This document shows positions 1 through 10,800 of a stretch of 64,000 bases of DNA, piece by piece. The stretch is from a virus. Taxonomy: Duplodnaviria > Caudoviricetes. How positions within the stretch are numbered: the stretch's first letter is position 1; the number at the start of each line of letters is the position of its first letter. The translations under genes and the position numbers were made by a program. The notes under the pieces were generated by a model. The model searched no databases and was not told where the DNA came from. It saw only the letters and a list, made by a program, of their open reading frames with translations. The stretch is from the IMG/VR virus record IMGVR_UViG_3300028833_003520; one strand, written 5' to 3'.

Positions 1-619
1 CGGACAGATTGATGCTCTTCTTTGCTAAAGCGTCTGCAAGTTCGTTGAACTTGTCGCCTGTGTGTGACTTAATGTGTTCAAAAGTGAAATCACAAAGGTC
101 TTTGCAATCATCTGCGAAGTCTTGATAACACTTGGTAAAGACTTCGTTAGCCTTCCATTTGTGAGTCGCCCACATTTCAATGCCCATATAGTCGTAGCAA
201 ATCTTGCAAGACTTGAGGGCGTTCTTGATAGCATAGTTGAATGAAAATGTTGCGGCTTTGATTTCACCGAATACATTGCGAGATTTATGATGGTCGGCAG
301 AGCCGTAGAAACCTTCGATAAACTCGCCGTTCTTGGTGATGACAATACCGAAGCCAACTCGTTCGGTGTCGGTGTTGTAGGAACCATCGACATAGATAAC
401 AACATTATCAGTAGGGTTGATTTCCTTAGTAGTAAGGAGTTCAACCGTTGGTACACAGATTGAGTCGGTTGGTTCGGGTTCTTCGTAATAGTCATCAATC
501 AGTGTTTGAATGATGGTGTTTACTTTGAGGTATTTATGTTGTTCTGAAGGGTTGGCAACCCTGAGTGCAAGGATGCCTCTTTGGGTAATTTCTTTAAGTT
601 CGGATTTAGATATGTCCAT
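1..619 (-). CDS. rnhA: Ribonuclease HI (runs off the left edge; not in the ORF track)
   Basis: Manual translation from ATG 619 (TAATG overlap with the upstream gene): MDISKSEL...VIYVDGSY...RNVFGEI...CYDYMGI..W...HIKSHTGDKFNELADALAK, matching RNase HI D/E/D/H/D motifs. Confidence 0.88.
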   Translation of the reverse strand, partial: MDISKSELKEITQRGILALRVANPSEQHKYLKVNTIIQTLIDDYYEEPEPTDSICVPTVELLTTKEINPTDNVVIYVDGSYNTDTERVGFGIVITKNGEFIEGFYGSADHHKSRNVFGEIKAATFSFNYAIKNALKSCKICYDYMGIEMWATHKWKANEVFTKCYQDFADDCKDLCDFTFEHIKSHTGDKFNELADALAKKSINLS

Positions 620-1020
620 TATGTATTCTCCTTTTTTCTAAAGTAGAGTACCCAATATGGGTAACCGTTGTAGGCGTTACACGACTGCTCCATACCCGTT
701 AAGATTACTTCTTCTCCGAACAGGGCAGAGAGGAATTTGCTTATCTGTTCAGGTGGGTACATTATGTAAAACTGGCAAGTGCCACATATTTCTTCCCATA
801 ATGTACTGTAGTTAGGGTATTGCTGCATCAGTCGGTCAGACCACGCTTGATTATCACTCTGACGGTAGCCGTTCTTGTAAACGCAATAGTCAGAATAAGA
901 ATATGGATATTCTTCGGGAAGACGAATAGAAGGTTTGCCAGATATGGTTATATTGTAGTGAACAATCTGACCTTCTTCGTCAACATAGGCTCTACGAAAT
1001 TCTCTGTATGCTGAATCCAT
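619..1020 (-). CDS. Hypothetical protein
   Basis: ORF 619..1041; an AAAGGAG RBS supports the start MDSAY at 1020; coupled to rnhA. Confidence 0.7.
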   Translation of the reverse strand: MDSAYREFRRAYVDEEGQIVHYNITISGKPSIRLPEEYPYSYSDYCVYKNGYRQSDNQAWSDRLMQQYPNYSTLWEEICGTCQFYIMYPPEQISKFLSALFGEEVILTGMEQSCNAYNGYPYWVLYFRKKENT

Positions 1021-1193
1021 TTGATGTATTCTCCTTTTCATTGGTAAATGGCTCTATAGTCAATTAAGTTTTAGAGCCTTGTATTATTATTTATATCAAA
1101 AGTGGGCTGAATGACCGAACAGGTCATTTATTGCCTTTTTATAGTGCAATATTACCAAATACGTTATGCAAAATAACGGTTCTATAAAATATG

Positions 1194-1223
1194 TTGACAA
1201 ACAGTTAGGATTTATGATAGTAT
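1194..1223 (+). promoter_or_regulatory. Sigma70/SigA promoter of the ncRNA
   Basis: TTGACA (1194-1199), 18-bp spacer, TG-n-TAGTAT extended -10 (1215-1223). Confidence 0.7.
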
Positions 1224-1229
1224 AGCCAC

Positions 1230-1557
1230 AGGTTGATATTCCATTACGGATTGTCAAACTCCTTTCTTAGTTCGATGCTGATGAAGTATCAAAACGTAAG
1301 GATTGAAACTTGTACGTACTTGTGGATAAGGCTGTACGACTAACTGTGACAAGGTAAGGGACTTACCACCTTCGGTTTAAGCAGATTTTGGTTAGTCGAT
1401 GCAGACACACAAAACCGTTAAGCGATACGAAATACGCAAGTCTTTCGGAGTAAGCACAACATAACGGGTGTCTGTAGTAAAACAGTTAGCGTTTGAACCG
1501 AAGTTACGAATTAAGATGAAACGGCACCCATCAGGTAACTGGTGGGTGTTTACTTTT
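1230..1557 (+). ncRNA. Putative structured ncRNA (~330 nt), family unknown
   Basis: Lies between a promoter and an intrinsic terminator with no credible ORF. Nested helices CGACTAAC/GTTAGTCG, GGTAAG/CTTACC, GCAGACAC/GTGTCTGT, CCGTTA/TAACGG, plus a 5' hairpin. Confidence 0.6.
1524..1557 (+). terminator. Intrinsic terminator
   Basis: GCACCCATCAG-GTAA-CTGGTGGGTGT followed by TTACTTTT. Confidence 0.75.
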
Positions 1558-1728
1558 GCTCGGAAATATTTATTTACGAGCGTTTATAGAACATTTGACG
1601 TTATTCAAAATAACAATTTGGGAATGTTTTTCCGATTTATTACGGTTGATGATTATTTTGCATAAAATCGTCGATGTTAAAAATCCGACACCATATAGGT
1701 CAAATGTGACATTATTATTTCTTTTTTA

Positions 1729-1757
1729 TTGAAATATGAGGATATTTGTGGTATATT
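1729..1757 (+). promoter_or_regulatory. Adhesin promoter with operator half-site
   Basis: TTGAAA-17-TATATT, with TATGAG directly after the -35 box. Confidence 0.6.
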
Positions 1758-1850
1758 TACTTCGATATATCCATCCGCCACACTTATCAGACAGATTTGA
1801 GAAAATTTGACTGGTGAGGTGGTGAAAATCGTCAAGAAAGGAGAAGTGAA

Positions 1851-4800
1851 ATGGAGCATATCAATTCTTCGACGCTTAAGCCTAATGAGCAGAAGAATAC
1901 TCCGTCCTTTTGGCACAATCTTACTGACTTTAGCAAAAGTCCTGTTCTGCGTACTGTAAAAGCGATTAGAGATAATCGTAAAGTACGTAGATTTTTGGAT
2001 GTTAGCAGAAGTCCCGTGAGGTGCTGGTGGGTGGAGCACAAGATGTCGAGACGTGTGATTTCAGCCACACTTTCTGCATTTCTTGTGTTTGGTTCTTCAG
2101 GCATTACGGCTCTCGCAGCGTCACCAGATGACATCAACGGTACGACCGTTGTAGATGCCAATCAGGGTACTTCCGCAGTTATACTGAAGCCTGTAACTAA
2201 CGGAAAGTTAACCTTTATTGACAGTCCCGAAAGTTCGTTAGATGTTCCGAGTTCATCAAGAGTATCAATCAAGGTCACTGTTGAAGATGGTTACAAACTG
2301 TCAGGTATTGTAGCCGTTAACAACGAAGGTGAAGTTCTTGAAGGTCAACTTTATGATGATATTTTCACATTTATCGCAAAGGGAGTAAGTATTTCAGTTT
2401 ATGCAGAGTGCCTTGAGAAAGACCGTGTTGATGAAGCACAGGCACAGATAGATAATCTTAACGAGTTAATCGTTAAGACTTCTGATGCATCAATTCTTCT
2501 CTCAGGAAGCAATATTGTATCGCATTATGGTAACTTATATATTTTAAGTTATGACAATAGTGAGGATGCAAAGGCTGCATTCACTTACTACAGCAATGTA
2601 GCAGAGTTTGTTGATTTCAACACAGCAATGATTATTCAGGACGAAGAATTCTCTGATTATGGTATTGCGAACTCAAGTGAATGTGAGTCTGTTGCAGGTA
2701 CAAATGAATTAGAGAAACTTGATGAAGTTTCTGGTTCTGTACCTCAGGCTCCTGCAAAGACTATTGCCCTCATTGATACAGGTGTATCAGCAGATGCGAC
2801 TGTAGTAGATAGAGTATCTTTTATCGAGGGTAGTCTTGATGATGATAACGGACACGGTTCTGCTATGTACGATATCATTAAAGCCGAATATCCTGACGTT
2901 AATATCCTTTCTATTAAGGCTATGAACTCCGAAGGTATCGGTAAGGCTTCAACAATATATGCGGCTATTCAGTATGCAATCGAAGCAAAGGTTGATGTAA
3001 TTAACCTTTCTATTTCTGCATATAGCCGTGTAGAGAATGTGTTACTTCACGAGGCAATTCAACAGGCAACTGCCGCAGGCATTGTTGTCGTTGGTGCTGC
3101 AGGTAACTTGGATTCTAACGCCAAGTGGTTCTTGCCTGGTATGTATGATGAAGTAATCGTTGTAGGTGCGTCTGCACATTATCAGGAAGGCAATAATGAA
3201 ACATCTGAGGGAGTTTCTTCTTCTGATGTATGGTATCTTGAAAAGAATCCTGATTCTAATTATGGCGATACTGTAGATTATTTTGTTGATGCAAATTCCA
3301 CTTCTGAAGCATCCGCTATTATGGCGGCTTATATTGCGAAGAATGGTACAACGATACCTACAGGCAATGCTGTTACAGATAGGTTCCATTTAAGAGCAGA
3401 CCTTGATTATGATGAAGAGACATCTATGGATGACCCTTACATCAACAATTATGCCGACTTTGAAACTGCAATGCATTGGAGTCATATGAACCCCAGTAAT
3501 GCACCTTCAGAAATCACCGAGAACGGTGGTGGTGATGGTGACCTTAGAATTTGGTACAGTGAATTTATTCCTGGTGCTTCGTATTCAACATTCGTATATC
3601 GTCAGGCAGGTGTTTCGCAACAGTATGGTAACTTCAGTCAGTCAATATACTGTGCAGAAGCAGCACAGACGAACCCTATGGGTGGTTGGACACTTGAAAG
3701 AATTGGCGGTTCAGGTTGGGATGATAAGTGTAAACCTTGGTGTGGTCTTGGACCTGGCGGTGACGCTTATGACCTTATGATTGACTGGTGGAGAAGCCAT
3801 CAGGCTGAGATGGATGCAGCAGGTGTTACATTGACTATTCCAGCCACTATGAACGCAAGTCATATGAACACGGGACATACGTGGCCGAGTCAGGCTACGG
3901 ATGTTGATAGAGCCAATAGATTTTTCTATATGGTTGCCCATATGTGCATTGACCGTGCATATACAGGTTCTTGGCATCATTTGCCTGGTGGTAAGAATGG
4001 TAAGTTCGATGACCTTGTAAAAGCATTTTATAACTATGGTCTTGAAGTAATGAAAGACGATAGTGATGCATATACAGATTGGTGGTATAGAAGTTACAAG
4101 GTTAAGGGCAGAAGCGATGGTACTTATCAGCGTCTTTTGCTTGGTGGTGTTCGTAAGAATACTACACAGCCTGTATCTGTTCAGAAAGAAACATCTCGTG
4201 TAGGTTGGGATAATGCAAGAATGGCATTCTTTACAGGTGCATCAAATGTTAATACATCAGGTGTTAGATATTATGCTCCAATAACAGATGCGACATTTAG
4301 ACTTGCAGGAAGCAAGGCTTATCCAATTACACACGTTGGTAGTGATGGTAAAGTTGTTTGGGATAAGGTCGATAAAGGCGATTATATTCTTGTTGAGAAT
4401 GATGTACCAAGAGGTTATATTCGTGCAGACGATGTAAACTTCACTGTTGGTAATGAACCTGTCAGTTTGACTGTTACAAATATCCCTGTTGTAAGAGATG
4501 TGCCTCTTATTAAGACTTATGGTAATACTGCTTTGTCAGATAGTAACAGCAACTATAGTCTTGGTGGAGCCAAGTATGAACTTATTCCTACTTGGGGTAC
4601 AGATGCTCAAAAGCAGACTTATAAGTTTACTGTAACCACAGGCACAGACGGTAAGGCAACATTTACTAATGTTCCTTATGGTCGTTATATTTTGCACGAA
4701 ACACAAGCCTCAAAGGGTTGTGCGTGTGCTCCTGATATTTATGTATCAGTTACACCCGAAGGTATTTATCAGACAGGAAGTAATAACCAGACTGTAAATG

Positions 4801-7800
4801 CAGTTACTTCGACAGAAGTTTGCATTGACGACCCTGTTGATATTATCTTGAAGAAAGAAGCCGTTAATGGTAGTACAGAGGTCGGTGATGCAACTCTCGC
4901 AGGAGCAGAGTTTACAATCTACTTCTATGATGAGACAAATATCACAGATGATAATTATACGAATTATCAGCCTATTTTTACCATTGTGACTCAGACTGTT
5001 TATAAGAATGGACAGTATTTTGTTGAAATGTCTAAGGACTATCACGTTGGTAGTGATTACTGTATTAAGTCATTTACATATAATGCTTCTCCTGCTCATA
5101 CAATCGACGAGTTTTATAACGAAAATGAAGAATTTTTGTTCCCTGCAGGTACGGTAGTTATTAAAGAAACTTCTGCACCTACTGGATTTATAAATCCGTC
5201 AAACCTTGATGGTTGGGAAGTTGATTACTATGATAATAGTGGAAACAAACAACATAAGGTTCTTACAACATCTGATTCTGCGATTGTAATCAGAATCCCT
5301 ACAGTTGAAGGTGTTACACATTCACAGTCTTCCATTAACGCTTTTAATGAAGGTGATGCTACTATCACAGCCATTGAACAGCCGAAGATGATGGGTTATA
5401 AGATTACAAAGACAGATTGGCAGACAGGTAACGGTATTGGTCAGGGCGATGCAACTATCGGTCCTGTGACATATAATCTGACAAACCAGTCTGAAAACCC
5501 TGTATGGGTTGATAAGAATGGTAATGGTCAGGTTGATTCAGGTGAGACTTATAGTGTTGGAGCAATCATTGATACTGTCACGCTTAATCCTATTAAGGAT
5601 GCAAGCGGTAAGGTAACAGGCTTTGAGACTTATACTTCACCTTCGAAATATCTGTCATTCGGTACTTATGCAATCGAAGAGGTTGTAGCAGGTAATGATT
5701 ATGAAGTAGGTTATAATTATTATAATAATAGTTCTCCTACTGGTTTTTCACGTACATTCTCTGTAAGAGATTCGAGTGCAGATGTTTACAACCCGAACGC
5801 AACTGATGGATATGTATTTGACCTTACAACGAAGCCACTCATCGACGAAGTTGAGCGTGGTGGACTTAATGTAATTAAGTACGATTCAGAAATCGTTGCG
5901 GCTACAGGCAATACAACAACAGCAAGAACCCCTCAGGGTGATGCGACATTTGCAGGTGCAGAGTTCCAGATTATCAATATGAGCGATAAGCCTGTTTATC
6001 TGCCGAACTCAACGGTAGCAATCCCTGTTGGTGGCGTGGTAACGACAATCACCACAGATGCTAACGGATATGCAACTACAGGTACTTATGTATTGCCGAT
6101 TGGTACTTATGGCATCAAGGAGACTAAGGCTCCGACTGGATATACACTTAATAGTGGATATCTTGTAGATGCAAACGGTAACCCGACAACTACTGGTAAG
6201 ATTACTGATAAGGGTCAGCAGTTGAGTTTCGTATATATTCCGACAACAACAACTATCCCTTCAGGTCAGTTACCTGGTTGTCCTGAAACACCTGTTCGTG
6301 GTGGTATCTCTGTTTATAAGACAGATGGTCAGAGAGCAGGAGATAATAAGATTACTTCTGTCGCTACTAACGTAGGTCAGGGTGATGCAAGTCTTGCAGG
6401 ATATCGTTTCGAAATCGTTAATCAGTCTGCAAATCCCGTAGTTGTAAACAATGTTGTTTATAAATACGGTGAAGTTGTTATGACTATAACAACAGATGAG
6501 AACGGTAAGGCAACGACTGCGGCTGACGCTCTTCCTTATGGTACATATCTTGTAAGAGAGCAGTCTCAGGGTCAGCAGACAACTTCAGGCTACTATGTAG
6601 ATAGTTCTTGGAGCAAGACTGTTACAGTTCATACGAACGGACAGATTGAGTCTGTTGGTTATACTCTGAAAGGCAACACGCTGAATGTTACAAATCCTAC
6701 AAATCAGGTTGTATGGCGTGGTGGTGCGTTCTTTGACAAGATTGATATGGATAGAGCAAGTGCTCCTGCACAGGGTGATGCCACACTGAAGGGTGCTGAA
6801 ATCTCTATCTATAACGAGAGTAAGTATTCCGTAAAGGTTAACGGTACTTGGTATGAGCCTGGCGAAGTTTGCTTGAAGATTTATACTGATGCAGACGGTA
6901 GGGCAACTACTGGTACAAAGATTTTGCCTTATGGTACTTACAAAGCCGTAGAGACAAAGGCAAGCACAGGATATCTTGTAAATGATACTTGGGAGAAGAC
7001 ATTTAGCATCCGTACAGATGGACAGATGGTAGATTGTACTGATTCTCCTGTTCTTGAGCCTGTTGTAAGAGGCGACGTTCAGATTACGAAGTATGATGGC
7101 GAGTTAAACGCTTCTGAAGCAACTGGCGGTAACTCTCACGGTCAAAAGAAGGATGGCACAGACCTTAGCGGTATCGTGTTCAACGTATATAATGCATCAG
7201 CACTTGATGTATATGTTGATGATGTTTCTGGCATTTACGGTACAGGCAATGTCGTAACGTCCTCTAACGGTACTTGGTATGTTAAGGGTGCTCTTGTAAC
7301 AACTATCACGACACATTGGAATGATAGTGTTGGTGCCTATACTGCCGAAACAACCGACAGAACACTTCCTTATGGTACATATATCATTGAGGAGACTGGT
7401 TATCATAAGAATGGCGATAACTCAGTTACTTATGCAAATGAGTATTATCTCCTCACAGATACTAACCAGAGAGTCTTTGAAATTCGTGAGAATGGCAAGA
7501 CTGTTACTGTCGATACAGGCAAGAACCCTCTTACTTGGTCGAACCAAGTAGTTCGTGGTGATGTAGAGTTTGAGAAGAAGATTCAGACTAATGATGAACG
7601 TGACCAGAGCAGACTTTGGACTGCTTGGATTATCACCAATGTAGCAACAGGTGAGCGTCACGCAATCGTTACTTCTCCGAACGCAGAGTTTAACTCAAGT
7701 TCACCTCTCTTACATCCCGACGATAGTAATCCTGGTTATCTCCATACGAATAATACGAATGGAAATGACTGGATTCTTGCCAAGTATGATGCTGATGAGC

Positions 7801-10800
7801 CTATTAAGATGGAAGACACAGATTATACTTGTGGCGTTTGGTTCGGTCTTGGTGAAGACGGTACAATGTCAGCACCTAACGATAAGGTTGGTGCATTACC
7901 TTATGGTCACTATACTTTGACAGAGGTTCGTTCTGATACTAACGAAGAGTTTGAGAGACTTATCTCATTCGATTTCTATATCACAAGACCTTCTGTAGAA
8001 GTTGACCTTGGCACATTGACAAACAGAGACGATAGCAATCCTCAACTTATGACATCAGCAACTCACGATGAGACTGGTGTTCGTATGGGACCTGCTCTTG
8101 AAGAGACCATTATCAATGATATGTGTTCTTACAGTGGACTTAAAGTCGGTAAGAATTACATTATTCGTGGTTGTATGAAGGTTCGTGAGACAGGTGCAGC
8201 AGTCGTCGATAAGGATGGCAATGAAGTTACTTCCGCATCTGCGAAGTTCACTGTCGCAAAGGGCGGAGAAAATGGTTCTGTAGAAATTCCTTATATCTTT
8301 GATGCAAGGAATTACGAAGGACAGTCCGTTGTAGTCTTTGAGTATCTCTATGAGGTCAAAGCAGACGGAACAGAAGTGCTGAAAGCAGTTCATACCAATC
8401 TGAACGATGATGGTCAGACCGTCAAGTTCCCGAAGATTGGTACAGTAGCACTTTCAGATGCTACTGGTGAGCACGAAGTGCTTGCTGAAGGCACAGTAAC
8501 AGTGACAGATACAGTTGCTTATGAAGGCTTGATTCCTAACAAGTCTTATAAGGTTACAGGTACTTGGTTCGATACAACCGATAATGATGAGGTTCACGAT
8601 GCAAGTGGCAAGGTAGTTACACAGACTGTATCTTTCACACCGAAGACAGCAGACGGAACAGTTGATGTTCAGTTTACTTTCGATGCAACAAACCTTGCAG
8701 GTCATACAATCGTATGTTTCGAGGAGATTAAGTATCAGGGTCACACAGTGGCTATCCACGCTAATCTCAACGATACAGAGCAGATGATTGCATTCCCGAA
8801 GGTCGGTACAACAGCATTGTTTGATACTGGTCTTAAGATGAATGCGAAGTCTGATAACATCGTAATCAACGACGAAGTTGAGTACAGTGGTGTTATCGTC
8901 GGTAACACTTACGGTGTAAGTGGTAAACTTGTTGACCTTCAGGGCAACCCGATTAAGGGTGCTGACGGCAAGGAAGTAACAGCATCAGGTTCGTTTACGG
9001 CAACGGCTACATCAGGTAAGACATTGGTTACATTCAATTTTGATGGAACTAACCTTGATGTAAATGAAATCGTAGTCTTCGAACAGTTGCTTACTGCAAA
9101 GGGCAACGTAGTTGCTAAACACGAAGACCTTACAGACGAGAAGCAGACCGTATATTTCCCTGAAATCGGTACGACATTAACATACGGAACGACGGGATTA
9201 CACGAAGGCTGTGCTCTTGATTCTGTATCTCTGCCTGACGTAGTTCACTACAAGGGCTTGGTAGCAGGCGAAGAGTACGAATTGCAGGCAACATTGATGT
9301 ATGTTGATTCTCAGTCTGTAGTAAAGGACAAGGACGGTAAGGATGTAGTTGCTTCTGCAACATTTACAGCAGATGCGTCTGAAGGTGACGCAACAGTTAC
9401 ATTCACATTTAACGCTCTTGGACTTGAAGGACGTGATGTAGTTGCTTTCGAGAAACTGTTCTATACAGGAATCGAGATTGCAAATCACGAAGATTTCAAT
9501 GATGAGAACCAGACTGTTTCCTTCCCGAAGATTGAAACAGAGTTGGTTGCAACGGAGTCTGGCTTACACTTCGCAATGAAGGGTACGACAGTTGAATTGA
9601 CAGATACTATCGCTTATACGAACTTGACACCTGGCGTTGAGTACACAGCAAAGGGTCACTTGGTAGATGAGCAGGGTAATGCCGTAGGTAACGAGGCTAC
9701 TGCTACATTTACTCCTGATTCTGAGAATGGTATTGTAAAGGTAACATTGTCACTCGATACAACAAATGTTGAGGGTGGTAAGAAGTTCGTAGCATTCGAG
9801 TCTGTATATCGTGGTGAAGTTCTTGTAGCGAAGCACGAAGATTTGTCAGATGAGAATCAGACAGTAGTAGTACCTGAAATTCATACAACGGCTCATATTG
9901 ATACTTCTGATGGTATCAAGGTAACCGATACGGTGGATTATGTCGGTCTTATTCCTAACGTAACCTACACACTTGTAGGTAGGTTGGTTGACCAGAAGAC
10001 AGGTCAGGCTCTTATGAGACCTGATGGTGTAACGCAAGTTACAGCAACCGCATCGTTTGTTCCTACGACGGCTAATGGTTCAACAACTGTTGAATTCAAC
10101 GTAGCAGGAGTTGATATCGAAGTAGCAGTTGTATATGAGCATCTCTTTGTAGGTTCTGCAGAGATTGCAAACCACGAAGACCTTACAGATGAAGCACAGA
10201 CCATCTACAATCCTAAGATTGAGACCACAGTAGGTTATGCTGACGCTAATATCAATATGGCTCCTGCAAAGGCTGGCTTGGTAATTAACGATACAGTTTC
10301 CTATCGTAACTTCTTGATTGGTCAGGATTATGTAATGAAGGGCGTTCTTTTCGATAAGACAACGAACGAACTTACAAACATTACTGCTGAAGGTAAGTTT
10401 AAGCCTGAAGCACACGATGGTCAGATGGTTGTTACTTTCGAATTCGATGCATCTGCGTATGCAGGTCATACATTTGTAGTCTATGAGCAGGCGGTCATTC
10501 GTACAGAAGGACCTGACGGCAAAGTCATTGATACGAATGTCGTAAGACACGAGAATCCTGATGACGAGGCTCAGACAATTTATATCCCTGATATAAAGAC
10601 TACATTGGTCGATACAAAGACACAGACTCATACGGGTGCAAACGGTGAGGAAGTAGAACTGACTGATACAATTACATACACAAATCTTGTTGTAGGTAAG
10701 ACATATCAGGCAACAGGTGTATTGCATAACAAGGCAACAGGCGATGCTTGGCTTGATAAGGATGGTAAGGAAGTAACAGCAACAGCAGAGTTTACTCCTG

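Noticed and set aside
25-498. 157-aa minus-strand ORF
   Set aside because: It is an out-of-frame shadow of the RNase HI gene.
1337-1398. Group I intron P7-like GACTA/TAGTC pair
   Set aside because: No flanking exons and no recognisable P/Q/R/S context; it is an ordinary helix.
1266-1454. Hammerhead ribozyme core (CTGATGA 1278, GAAA 1305, GTC 1440) with plausible stems I and III
   Set aside because: Stem II is very weak, stem I has a mismatch next to the core, and the pairing conflicts with stronger local helices (1401-1475). An in vitro cleavage assay would settle it.
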